Source: a bacterium
Lineage (GTDB): Bacteria; J088; JAWLBW01
DNA: 64,000 nucleotides
NCBI GenBank assembly: GCA_041690355.1
Contig: JAWLHK010000006.1
Coordinates: 186,001-250,000, forward strand
Direction of reading: 5' to 3'
Translations under genes and position numbers: made by a program
Notes under the pieces: model-generated
Databases searched by the model: none
The model's input: the letters and a program-made list of their open reading frames with translations, nothing else
What the model was told of the DNA's origin: nothing
Shown: positions 18,048 through 27,314 of the stretch, piece by piece
Position numbering within the stretch: the first letter of the stretch is position 1
Layout: each line of letters begins with the position of its first letter

Positions 18048-18859
18048 GCAGCGCGCTCGAAACCGTTTTCCGCAACCGGGCCGCCGGCCGTCATGCCGCG
18101 CTCGTGACCTACATCATGGCGGGCGATCCCGATCTGGCGACCTGCATCGACCTCGCGCTCGCGCTCCAGGACGCCGGCGCCGACGTCATCGAATTCGGCG
18201 TGCCGTTTTCCGATCCGATCGCCGACGGTCCGGTCATTCAGGCGGCCGGCCTGCGCGCCCTCGCGAACGGGACGACTCTTTCTGCCGTGCTCGAGGCCGT
18301 GGCCGAACTGCGCCGGCGCGGACTGAGAATTCCGCTCGTGCTCATGGGATATCTGAATCCGATTCTGCGTCTCGGCTATGCCGCCTTTGCCGACCGGGCC
18401 GCCGCGGCCGGCGTCGACGGCATCATCGTGCCCGATCTGCCCGCCGATGAAGGGGCGGCGCTGTTTGCCGAGCTCGACCGGACCGGCGTCGCCAGCATCC
18501 AGCTCGTGGCGCCGACCAGCCATGATGACCGGGTTCGCATCGTCTCGGAGCGCAGCCGCGGCTTTCTCTACTATGTCTCGCTGACCGGGGTGACGGGCGT
18601 GCGCGATCGCCTGCCCGACGACGTGGCCGAGCGCATCCTCCATGTTCGATCGCTCGCGAGAGTGCCCGTCGCTGTCGGGTTCGGAGTGAGCAGCCCCGAA
18701 ATGGCCCGGGCGCTCGGAAGTGTCGCCGACGGCGTCGTCGTCGGCAGTGCCATCGTGCAGCGCGTGGCCGAACACGGCGGTAAAGCCGTCACGCCGGTGC
18801 GTGAGTTCGTGGCCGGACTGCGCACCGCCCTCGACGAGGTTGAGCTTGCCGGGCTCTGA
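18044..18859 (+). CDS. trpA: Tryptophan synthase alpha chain
   Basis: YIMAGDP, EFGVPFSDPIADGPVIQ, YYVSLTGVTG, VGFGVS, DGVVVGSA. Confidence 0.97.
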   Translation: MSSALETVFRNRAAGRHAALVTYIMAGDPDLATCIDLALALQDAGADVIEFGVPFSDPIADGPVIQAAGLRALANGTTLSAVLEAVAELRRRGLRIPLVLMGYLNPILRLGYAAFADRAAAAGVDGIIVPDLPADEGAALFAELDRTGVASIQLVAPTSHDDRVRIVSERSRGFLYYVSLTGVTGVRDRLPDDVAERILHVRSLARVPVAVGFGVSSPEMARALGSVADGVVVGSAIVQRVAEHGGKAVTPVREFVAGLRTALDEVELAGL

Positions 18860-21821
18860 CGCTTCGCTCCGACCCGTTCTGCGGCGCCTGAGTTCCCTCC
18901 GGCGCCGTTATGCTTTCTGGGTTGCCGAAGCGCTCGCCATGCGATGGTTCACGGTGGCGGCGGTCATTCTTCTGACGGCCGTGGGGCTGGCCGAAGCCGC
19001 GGCGAATCCGCTGCGCATCCTGCTTCTTCTGCTGTTTGCCGTGGGCTTGGCCGGCGGGGTCTGGGCGCTTCGCGGTGCGCTCGCCGAGCTTGTTTCGAGC
19101 ACCCGGTTTGCCCGTTATCTGCAGCGCGCACGCCCCGACTGGCGGCAGGACGTCGAGCTGGCGCTTTCTCTCGAAGACGCAGCGATTCCGGATCCGCTCG
19201 GCGCACACCTCGCCCACGCGCAGGTGCAACGGGCCGAAGCCCACCTCGAGGCCGTTTCCGCCGACGTGCTGTCTGCGCCGCGAAGCCGGCGTATCGAAGC
19301 GGCTGCGGGCGTGCTGTTCGTCGTTCTTCTCGCGCTCATGCTGGTCTTTCCCGACGTGCTTTCGGCGGCCCGCAAGGCGTGGCTGCGCTGGGACGGTGGC
19401 TCGAGCGCGCAGGGTGAGGCGGCCGGGGGCGAGAACCTCGTGGCCGAGTTCACGTACGTCGTGACCCCGCCCCGGCATACGGGACTCGAAAAGAATACGA
19501 TTACGGGCTCGGGCGCGCTGCTGCGTGCCTATCAGGGCTCGACGGTCGACGTTTCGATCCGCGTTACGTCCGGCGAAGACGCCTCGCTCGGTCTGCCCGG
19601 CGGCGGGGTCGCCGATCTGGAGCCCGGCGAGGATGGACGCCTCACCGGAGAATTCGTCGTCGCCGAAGCCGGCGATCTGGCCTTCAATCTGCTCCGGGAC
19701 GGGGCGTGGGTGGCTGACGCAACCCCGAGACGCATCGAGCTTCTGCCCGATGAGGTGCCCCAGGTGCGTCTTCTCGGCCCCGAAGACGGACTGACCCGCC
19801 GGCCCGAAGACACGTTGACGGTGGAGTACGAGGCGAGCGACGACTTCGGTCTGACGAAAGCCGCTGTCGTGGTCGCCGGGTCGGGGGGCGAGCGCCGGTT
19901 TCCCCTGCCGATGACACGCGAGACGCGCGCGGCGGGGCGCAAGACGTTCACGCTGTCGGAATGGGCCGGACGGGAAGGGGGCGCGCTGCAGTTCTACGTC
20001 GAGGTCTACGACAACGACACGATCGGCGGACCGAAGCGCGGCGTCAGCGAGACGCGGACAGTCGACGTCCAGGCCCCGTTGCGCGAGCACCGCGCGCTGC
20101 TCGAACGGCAGGACCGTCTGTTCGATCAGATCGTGCACCTGCTCGGCGACCATCTCGAGCTTCCCGGCAGCTGGCTCGCCGAGACTGAGTCGCGCCTCGA
20201 GGGAATCCGCCGCCGCCTGAAGGCGGTCGATCAGGAATTCACGACCCTCATCGGCGCCTTTCGAGCCGACACGCTGGCCGACCCGACTTCGGTCGCGGGC
20301 CTCGAAGGGTTTCGTGAACGGTTGCGGTCGCATGCCGGCGAACTCGACGCACTGCACGCGATGCCGGCTGGTTCGCGCGGCGGCGCCTGGGTCGGCCTGC
20401 GCCCCCGGGCCATCGAGACGATGGAAAAGGTGACCCTCGAGTTCGCCGATCAGATCCAGCGCGATCGCATGAACGATCTGCTGCACACGCGCGAGCTTCT
20501 GCAGGCCGCGCGTGACGAGCTGCGGGATATGATCGCCGACTACAAGGCCGACCCGTCGCCCGAGAAGCTCGAGACGATTCGCAACAAGATCGCCGACATC
20601 AAGTCACTCATGCAGGAACTGCACGAGCAGCAGGTCGCGCGCATGGAGACCCTGCCCGACGAATTCGTCAACAGCGACGCCTTTCAGAAATCGCGGGAGT
20701 CCAATCCCGGCGAGCAGATGGCCGACGTCGAGTCGCTTCTCGAGAAGGGCGACATCGAGGCCGCCCTCGCCGAGCTCGAGGCGTTCGAGCAGAACCTCGG
20801 CAACATGCTGGCGCAGCTCGAAGACGCGGGCGAAGGGGTCAACCAGTCTGCGCGCAGCGAGCCCTATCAGCAGCTCAGCAAGATGCTCGACGAAGTGACC
20901 GAGCTCGAAAAGGGTCAGCGCAAGCTTGCCGAAGAGCTCAAGCAGGCCGATCGCCGCCAGCAGGAAACGGCCCGCCAGGATGCCGCCCGTTCGGCCAGGG
21001 AACTTACCGAGCAGTTGCGCCAGCTCGAACAGGACGCCCGCGCGGTGGAACGCCGTTCATCACAGAACCCGCTGTGGAACCGGGGCTTCGGCTACCTCGC
21101 GCGCAACGCCGCCGACGAGATGAAGCGCGCGCGGGAGGCCGTCGGTAACGATCTGGAAGCCGCACAGCAGGCCATGCAGCGCGCCGATGGTGCGCTGCGC
21201 TCGATGGAGCAGATAGCCGAGCAGGAAGCCCGCAGAGGCGTCGGCGCAGAGGCGACGCGCCGGCTCGCGCAGGAATCGGGGCAGATGCGCGAGCGGCTTG
21301 CCGAGCTGCGGCAGCAGGCTGAACAGGCCGGCAGCGGGCAGGACGTGCCCGATGCGAAGCTCGACCAGGCTTCGCGCGCGCAGGAGCGGCTGCAGCAGCG
21401 GCTCGAACGGCTTCAGGAAAAGATGCGCCCGGGGGGCGACGCCCCGGTTCCCGTTCCCCAGGAGAGCCGCGAGGCGCTTCAGGAAGGGGGCCAGGCCATG
21501 GGGCAGGCCCGCGAGAAGATGGAGAGTCGCGAGGCGGCCGAGGCGTCGCAGCGCGCCGACGAGGCGGCCGAGAAGCTCGGCCAGGCCCGCGAAGAGCTGG
21601 CGCGCATGAAGCAGGAGATGCAGCAGGCGGCTTCGGGCGGCGGCTCCCGCGAAGGGAGCCAGGGCGGCCGGCAGTCGCAGCGCGCAGAGAAGGTAGAAAT
21701 TCCCGACAGTGCCGAACGCGCACTCGATCCGCGTGAAGAGGTGCTCAAGGGCATGCGTGAAGGGCTCCCCGAGTCCTACCGGGATCTCAATCGCAAGTAC
21801 TACGACAAGCTGGTGCGCTGA
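18846..21821 (+). CDS. DUF4175-like membrane protein with Ig-like region and long Gln/Glu-rich coiled coil
   Basis: N-terminal TM helices; YEASDDFGL, EVYDNDTIGGPK; C-terminal PESYRDLNRKYYDKL; start uncertain (TTG 18846 with GAGGT SD). Confidence 0.8.
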   Translation: MPGSDASLRPVLRRLSSLRRRYAFWVAEALAMRWFTVAAVILLTAVGLAEAAANPLRILLLLLFAVGLAGGVWALRGALAELVSSTRFARYLQRARPDWRQDVELALSLEDAAIPDPLGAHLAHAQVQRAEAHLEAVSADVLSAPRSRRIEAAAGVLFVVLLALMLVFPDVLSAARKAWLRWDGGSSAQGEAAGGENLVAEFTYVVTPPRHTGLEKNTITGSGALLRAYQGSTVDVSIRVTSGEDASLGLPGGGVADLEPGEDGRLTGEFVVAEAGDLAFNLLRDGAWVADATPRRIELLPDEVPQVRLLGPEDGLTRRPEDTLTVEYEASDDFGLTKAAVVVAGSGGERRFPLPMTRETRAAGRKTFTLSEWAGREGGALQFYVEVYDNDTIGGPKRGVSETRTVDVQAPLREHRALLERQDRLFDQIVHLLGDHLELPGSWLAETESRLEGIRRRLKAVDQEFTTLIGAFRADTLADPTSVAGLEGFRERLRSHAGELDALHAMPAGSRGGAWVGLRPRAIETMEKVTLEFADQIQRDRMNDLLHTRELLQAARDELRDMIADYKADPSPEKLETIRNKIADIKSLMQELHEQQVARMETLPDEFVNSDAFQKSRESNPGEQMADVESLLEKGDIEAALAELEAFEQNLGNMLAQLEDAGEGVNQSARSEPYQQLSKMLDEVTELEKGQRKLAEELKQADRRQQETARQDAARSARELTEQLRQLEQDARAVERRSSQNPLWNRGFGYLARNAADEMKRAREAVGNDLEAAQQAMQRADGALRSMEQIAEQEARRGVGAEATRRLAQESGQMRERLAELRQQAEQAGSGQDVPDAKLDQASRAQERLQQRLERLQEKMRPGGDAPVPVPQESREALQEGGQAMGQAREKMESREAAEASQRADEAAEKLGQAREELARMKQEMQQAASGGGSREGSQGGRQSQRAEKVEIPDSAERALDPREEVLKGMREGLPESYRDLNRKYYDKLVR

Positions 21822-21830
21822 GCCCGGCGT

Positions 21831-22172
21831 TCAGGCGCGGGCGTGGGTGCGACGCACGAAGCGCTCGATGGCCCGCTGCGAGTGCGCGCCCATGGCCTCG
21901 AAACGGACGCCCATGCCCGCTTCGGTCTCGTCGCCCACGCTGACCCAGGCCACGACGGCGTCAGCCTGAATCGGCTTCTCTTCGTCGGGCAGCGTGAAGC
22001 GCACGAAGAGCAGGGTGCCCGGGTCGAAGAGGATGTCTGAGGAGAGAAAGGCGCCGCCGATGGAGACGTTGCGCCCCGCGAAGAACAGGAGCCCGTGTTC
22101 GCCCGCGCCGTCCTGAACCGAGAATTCGACGTCGACGGGGATACGGATGAATTCACGTTTCTCGCGGCTCAT
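21831..22172 (-). CDS. Stand-alone PilZ domain protein (TIGR02266-like)
   Basis: RxxxR (REFIR) and NxSxxG (NVSIGG) motifs, GMGVRF. Confidence 0.9.
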   Translation of the reverse strand: MSREKREFIRIPVDVEFSVQDGAGEHGLLFFAGRNVSIGGAFLSSDILFDPGTLLFVRFTLPDEEKPIQADAVVAWVSVGDETEAGMGVRFEAMGAHSQRAIERFVRRTHARA

Positions 22173-22186
22173 GCCCGGATGCCCCC

Positions 22187-25100
22187 TCAGCGCGAAGAAA
22201 GAAGTTTGCGGACGTCGTTGGCGAAGCGGCCGTTGGGCTCGAGCTGCAGGTACCTGCGGTACGCGGCGTCGGCGCGCTTGGCGTCACCCATGACGTCGTA
22301 CAGACCGCCCAGGTTGACGTGCGCGTCGGCGTTTCTGGCGTTGAGCGCGATGGCCCGCTGCAGGGCCTTCAACGCATTGTCGTTCTGCTCGAGCTCGATA
22401 TAGATCTGCCCGAGCAGGGCCCAGGCCTTGTCGTCATTCCCGTTCAGCTTCAAGGACTCGCTGAGCTTCGCGACCGCGTTTTTCAGATAGCCGCGGCGAT
22501 AGTAGTTCTGCGCCTCGGCAAAAGCGCGCGCGGCGGCTTCGCCGCCGGCCGCCGGAGCCTTGGCCGCCGTTCTGGCCGGGGCCGGCGGCGGCGTGGGTTT
22601 CTGCGGTTCGGCCCGGGCGGCGATGACGGGCTTCGGGGCCTCGCGAACCGCCGGGCGAGCCGGGGCAGGCGCAGCGGCGACGGTCGCCGTGCCGCTCTGC
22701 AACCGCGTGAGCGCTTCGGTCGCTTCGGGATCGCCGGCGGCGATCTGGAGGGCCAGCTCGTATTCGCGGCGGGCCCGCTGCAGGTCGCCCGTCGCCTCGG
22801 CGACCTGGCCTGAGAGCTTGCGCGCCGAGGCGAGCAGGTCGTCGTTCGTGCCCGTTCGCGCCAGCTCGATGACCGTCTGCAGGTGCGGCCGGGCGCCTTC
22901 GTAGTCGCCCGATTCCACCAGCAGCCGGCTCAGGAGTAGGCGGCCCGGAAGATATTCGCCGTTGACGGCCACGGCGGTGCGCACATGCTTGAGGCCGGTT
23001 TCGCTGTCGCCGGCGTCGAGCGCCATGCGGCTGAGCTGGAAGTGCGCTTCGGCATGATTCGGGCTGTGGTTGATCACGCTCTTATAGTGGTTCGCGGCGT
23101 CGGCAGGTCGTTTACTCGCGTCGTACGCGCGGGCCAGCTCGAAGTGGCCGAGCGTGAAGTCGGGATTCTGTTCGACCGCTTTGCGCAGCGCGACGAGGGC
23201 CAGGTCGGGAACCGTACCCTCCTGCAGGCGCATCAGGCCGACGACGAAATTGTACAGGTAGAAGGCTTCGGCGCTGTTGCCGATGCGGCCGGTTGCGGCC
23301 CGGGCCCCCTCGAAGTCGCGCAGCCGGACCCGCGTCTCGGCGTCGGCGAGCAGCAGATACAGGCTCGCAGGCCGTTCCGACAGATATCCGGCGGCCAGTT
23401 CGGCGGCCTTGCGCAGCGGGGCTTCGTCATCTTCGGACGCCCCCAGACGGGCATACGACAGAATCAGTTTCGAGAGCACGATCTCCTGATCGGTGCCGTC
23501 GACCCAGCCCTGCATCCGCCCGACGATCGTCTCGAATCCGGCGATGGCGCTGCGGTAGCCCGTCGGGGTGTCGAGGTTCATCGCCAGCGACGCCCCCTTG
23601 TAATACTCGAGGTCTTCGCCGGTCAGCTTCAGGGCCGCGTCGCGGAACTCGGCCACGTTCACCGTTCCCGACGTGCCCGAGGTCGAGTCCTGCAGGACGA
23701 ACCAGGCGCCGGCGCTCCCGAGGGCGAGCACGAGCGCAGCCGCGGCGGCAAGGATCGGGGTCTTCGACCGCGCCGGGGGCGCAGCCGGGGCGGCGCTGGC
23801 CGCGGCGGCGGGCACCAGGTCGGCCGGATCGATGACCGGCGGCGCGACCGGTCTGGACGCAGGCTTCGCTGCCGGGCGCGGCTGGGGCGCGGGCGGTGCG
23901 GCCGGCGCCGGTGGGGCCTTCGGCTGAATGGAAATTTCTCGCGCCGGCGGTTTCGGCGGCGGCACCGGATCGGCGGGCGCAGGTTCGGGCTCGGATTCGA
24001 CGGCCGCGGCCGCCGCGTTGCCCGGCCCCTTGAGGTAGATGACCTTGCCCTGTTTCGGCCGCGCTTTCTGGCGCTGAGCCGGTTGCGGCTTTTCGGCAGG
24101 CGCATCGGGGGCCGCGGCGGCAGGGCCCGGCACATCGGCTTCGGAGTCGGCTGCCGGATCTTCTTCAAACTCGACCGGAATCTCTTCTTCGACGTCGACT
24201 TCGGCGGCGGGCTCCTGCGCAGACACGTCCTGCACCGGGGGCGGGGCGGGGGGCGGCGCAGGCTCGCGCGCGGCCGCCTTCGGGGCCGCATCCCCCTCGG
24301 CCGTGTCGTCTTCGACCGGCGGCGCCAGATCGAACAGGGGCTCTGACTCGCGGGGTGCGTCCTTGGCTTCGACGGGCAGGTTGACCTCACCCTCGCGCAC
24401 CGGCATCAGAAAGCCCTGGAAGTAGAGCTTGGCGACAATCTCCATCACCTCGAGATCGTCGTAGGGGAGCTTGTCGACTACCTGCTGGATGTTCTGACGG
24501 CCCGTGAATTCAGCCAGAATGTTCTCGATCTTCTCGGGAAACTGGTCGGGATGCTCTTCGAGAATCATCTGGCTGTCGATGGCCAGACAGCTTTCGAGCG
24601 AGGGGAGCTGCTCGCGGATGCGCACGAGCTCGTCGATGCGCCGCATCCCCTCCATGATGAGGCCCTGGGTCGAGATGTTGACCGAGCGCTCGAAATCCTT
24701 GATATCGCGGAAGTCGATGCGGAAGGTGCCGTCGCTCCAGATGAGAAGTTTGTAGACCGCCGCCTCGCCGCGCACGTTGCCCAGAATGGCGTCGATGAGG
24801 CGGCCCTTCTCGAAGGCAAGCTGAGCCTGAAACCCGGCGCGCGACATGTAGACGACGCCTGTCTTCTGCCCCATCTCCATCGTCTGGATGAGGTCGACCA
24901 CGCCCATGTCGGTCAGCGACCCGGAGAACTGGCTGTCGGGTGAGACGTAATCGCCTTTGACCTTCTCGCGCTTCTCGATGAGAAGCTTGACGCGGGCGAG
25001 CACCTCTTTGAGGTAGATCGGCTTCGTAAGGTAGTCGTCGACGCCGAGCTCGAGACCGCGTATTTTCTCGTCGACGCTTTTTTCGCGGGTCAGAAAGATG

Positions 25101-25339
25101 AAGGGGAGTGAGCGGGTCGCGGGCTCGTCCTTGACCTTTCGGCAGAAGGTAAACCCGTCCATCCGCGGCATTTTGGTGTCGCTGATGATCAGGTCGGGCT
25201 GGCTCGTGCGCACCAGTTCCCACGCCTCTTCGCCGTTTCGGGCTGAGGTCACGTTGTAACCAGCCTTCTTCAGGCTGATCGTCATCATGCTGAGGCTCTT
25301 CTCGTCGGCGTCGACGAGAAGGATCTTCGGCTTCGCCAC
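22187..25339 (-). CDS. Response regulator: REC + DUF4388 + Pro/Ala-rich linker + TM + periplasmic TPR array
   Basis: ILLVD...DLIISD(P-site)TKMP...YLTKP; FSGSLTDMGVVDLIQTME...WSDGTF...LIMEGMRRIDE; TM LAAAAALVLALGSAGAWFVL; many TPRs. Confidence 0.9.
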   Translation of the reverse strand: MAKPKILLVDADEKSLSMMTISLKKAGYNVTSARNGEEAWELVRTSQPDLIISDTKMPRMDGFTFCRKVKDEPATRSLPFIFLTREKSVDEKIRGLELGVDDYLTKPIYLKEVLARVKLLIEKREKVKGDYVSPDSQFSGSLTDMGVVDLIQTMEMGQKTGVVYMSRAGFQAQLAFEKGRLIDAILGNVRGEAAVYKLLIWSDGTFRIDFRDIKDFERSVNISTQGLIMEGMRRIDELVRIREQLPSLESCLAIDSQMILEEHPDQFPEKIENILAEFTGRQNIQQVVDKLPYDDLEVMEIVAKLYFQGFLMPVREGEVNLPVEAKDAPRESEPLFDLAPPVEDDTAEGDAAPKAAAREPAPPPAPPPVQDVSAQEPAAEVDVEEEIPVEFEEDPAADSEADVPGPAAAAPDAPAEKPQPAQRQKARPKQGKVIYLKGPGNAAAAAVESEPEPAPADPVPPPKPPAREISIQPKAPPAPAAPPAPQPRPAAKPASRPVAPPVIDPADLVPAAAASAAPAAPPARSKTPILAAAAALVLALGSAGAWFVLQDSTSGTSGTVNVAEFRDAALKLTGEDLEYYKGASLAMNLDTPTGYRSAIAGFETIVGRMQGWVDGTDQEIVLSKLILSYARLGASEDDEAPLRKAAELAAGYLSERPASLYLLLADAETRVRLRDFEGARAATGRIGNSAEAFYLYNFVVGLMRLQEGTVPDLALVALRKAVEQNPDFTLGHFELARAYDASKRPADAANHYKSVINHSPNHAEAHFQLSRMALDAGDSETGLKHVRTAVAVNGEYLPGRLLLSRLLVESGDYEGARPHLQTVIELARTGTNDDLLASARKLSGQVAEATGDLQRARREYELALQIAAGDPEATEALTRLQSGTATVAAAPAPARPAVREAPKPVIAARAEPQKPTPPPAPARTAAKAPAAGGEAAARAFAEAQNYYRRGYLKNAVAKLSESLKLNGNDDKAWALLGQIYIELEQNDNALKALQRAIALNARNADAHVNLGGLYDVMGDAKRADAAYRRYLQLEPNGRFANDVRKLLSSR

Positions 25340-26491
25340 TCAGGGACCTTTCAGGACGGTGATCTCGACCCGGCGGTTCTTTTCCCGGTTCTTTCGATTG
25401 ATGTTGGGCAACAGGGGCCGTTCGCCGCCGTACCCGCGCACCTCGAAGCGCGACGGATCGAGACCGAATTCGCGCACGAGATGGTCGCGGATGATCTCGG
25501 CCCGCTGCTGCGTCAGCTGCATGTTCGTCTCGGCGTCGCCCATGGAATCGGTATGGGCGTCGATGCTCACCCGCACGTCGGGCGCGGCCTGCAGCGCGCG
25601 GCCGAGGTTTTCGAGCACGCTCCGGTAATCTTCGTTCTTGAAGCTCGTCTTATCGAGCTCGAAATCGACCGCTTCGAGCACGAAATTCTCGCCCTGCAGG
25701 CGATCGAGAAACGCCTGGACGGCGGGCGACAGCACGGTCGGCTCATCGGCGGGCCCCGCCACGTCGTCGGAAACGGTGGGCGTATCGGCAGCCGTCGCGT
25801 CAGAGACGGGTTCCGGCCCGGCGACCGGTTCAGCGATCGCCTCGTCGGCGGGCGACGTCTCACTGGAGGCGACGACGGCCGGGGCCAGAGGAACCAGGCC
25901 GGGCGTACCGCATGCCCCGGGCGCGGCGGGTCGATCGCCGAGCAGCACCATCGGGCTCACAAGTTCGCCGGCAACGTAAAAGGCAGAGGCGCTCAGGAGC
26001 GACGGACCCTCGCGCAGCGGCTCCGGGGCGTAGCTGCCGTTGGCGGCATAGACGACACGACCCGTGCGCACGTCGACGATACGCAGGCTCACGGTGAGCT
26101 CGGGACGCCCGTCGCCGGGCCGGTAGCCGAACTCGCTGACAGACCCGACGATGACCGCATCGGCCTGCAGGGCGCGGCCGATCTCGGCCGCGGCGACGGG
26201 GTCGGGACTCAGGCTGAAATCGGGGCGGGTAGCCAGGTAGCGCTGAACCTCGGTGCGCTCTACGACAGAGAACCGGGCATGGGCGAGAAGCGCGTCGCCC
26301 AGGGCATCCGCAAAGACCAGGCCGGCGCCGCGGGCGCGGCTTACGTTCTCGAAAGGAGTCACCACCACGCAGCTGAAGGCGAGGGCGGCATTACGATCCT
26401 GGTGAACGATGGTGCGCGTGGGCGCGCAGGCCGGCAGGATGGCAAATGCGCCGAGCAGGAGGGCGGCGGATGCGGCCAGGCGGCGGATCAT
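25340..26491 (-). CDS. Lipoprotein with PelC/CsgG/GNA1162-like domain fused to an OmpA peptidoglycan-binding domain
   Basis: LPA-C lipobox; VTPFEN...IGRALQADAVIVGSV; HTDSMG..NMQLTQQRA...GYGGERP...NRRVEI. Confidence 0.85.
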   Translation of the reverse strand: MIRRLAASAALLLGAFAILPACAPTRTIVHQDRNAALAFSCVVVTPFENVSRARGAGLVFADALGDALLAHARFSVVERTEVQRYLATRPDFSLSPDPVAAAEIGRALQADAVIVGSVSEFGYRPGDGRPELTVSLRIVDVRTGRVVYAANGSYAPEPLREGPSLLSASAFYVAGELVSPMVLLGDRPAAPGACGTPGLVPLAPAVVASSETSPADEAIAEPVAGPEPVSDATAADTPTVSDDVAGPADEPTVLSPAVQAFLDRLQGENFVLEAVDFELDKTSFKNEDYRSVLENLGRALQAAPDVRVSIDAHTDSMGDAETNMQLTQQRAEIIRDHLVREFGLDPSRFEVRGYGGERPLLPNINRKNREKNRRVEITVLKGP

Positions 26492-27105
26492 GGCGTCACC
26501 CCGTCGGCTGCCGGATGCAGTGCCGTCACCAGATCGGCGACGGCAATCTGGGCCACCGAAGCGAGCGGTTCGCGACTGACGGCCAGCAGTTCGCCGCTGG
26601 TGCGGTTCGCACGCGCCGTCCAGACGATCTCGCCGCTGCGCGGGTCGACCAGGCGCAGCGTGACACCGACGACGGAGTCGAGGCGGCGGTTCAGCCGATC
26701 GACGCGGTCGCCGTATTCGACGACCGTGCCGTAGAAGACGCCGTCCAGATCCAGGGCGCGGCCGACCTCGATGGCCGCTGTGCGGTCGAGCACCGGCGGC
26801 AGCCCCTGGTTGAGCGTCGAGAGACGGCGGGCGACTTCATGCCGCTCGACGATGACGTCATAGCGCGCGCTCCGGTAGAGCGACGCGGCCAGCAGATCGG
26901 AGACGACGTCCGGCGCGGTGCGGTGTTCGGTCAGATTCTCGAGCGGAAGGATCGCGACGCGGCGCATGGCGCGCACCGTCTCGGGCTGAAGCGCGGCGGC
27001 ACGCTGTCCGTAGGAGGTGCAGCCCGTCAGGATGATGGCGAGGAGAATCGCCGCAAAGCTTGTGCGTGATTGCGTCAAATGGCCGACCCGGTTCCGAGGC
27101 ATCAA
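26488..27105 (-). CDS. PelC/CsgG/GNA1162-like lipoprotein
   Basis: LTG-C lipobox; VAILPLENLT, VGRALDLDGVFYGTVVEY, VGVTLRLVDPRSGEIVW, SREPLASVAQ. Confidence 0.82.
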   Translation of the reverse strand: MMPRNRVGHLTQSRTSFAAILLAIILTGCTSYGQRAAALQPETVRAMRRVAILPLENLTEHRTAPDVVSDLLAASLYRSARYDVIVERHEVARRLSTLNQGLPPVLDRTAAIEVGRALDLDGVFYGTVVEYGDRVDRLNRRLDSVVGVTLRLVDPRSGEIVWTARANRTSGELLAVSREPLASVAQIAVADLVTALHPAADGVTP

Positions 27106-27239
27106 TAACGGTCTATCCTACCATATTCGTTAGCGTTTCTCCAACGAGCCGCCCGGCAACCCATCCCCCGGCCTCCGAAGGGGTCGGCCGGGTGCGGCAC
27201 GAGGGGGTCGAGCGCTGAAATTGAAACGATTCCGCGAGG

Positions 27240-27268
27240 TTGACGCAGTCGGCCAAACCCTGTACCCT
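27240..27268 (+). promoter_or_regulatory. sigma70-type promoter of amidase-glnD
   Basis: TTGACG-17 nt-TACCCT. Confidence 0.6.
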
Positions 27269-27314
27269 GTGCCCATCAACCCCCATGCGTTCTCCCTGCT
27301 TCCCCTATTGACCG

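Noticed and set aside
25340-27105. Pel polysaccharide or curli operon
   Set aside because: Only the lipoprotein fold resembles PelC/CsgG; no pelA/F/G, glycosyltransferase or csg genes
27106-27239. GC-rich hairpin in the divergent intergenic region as an ncRNA or riboswitch
   Set aside because: No conserved motif of SRP, 6S, tmRNA or a known riboswitch recognised
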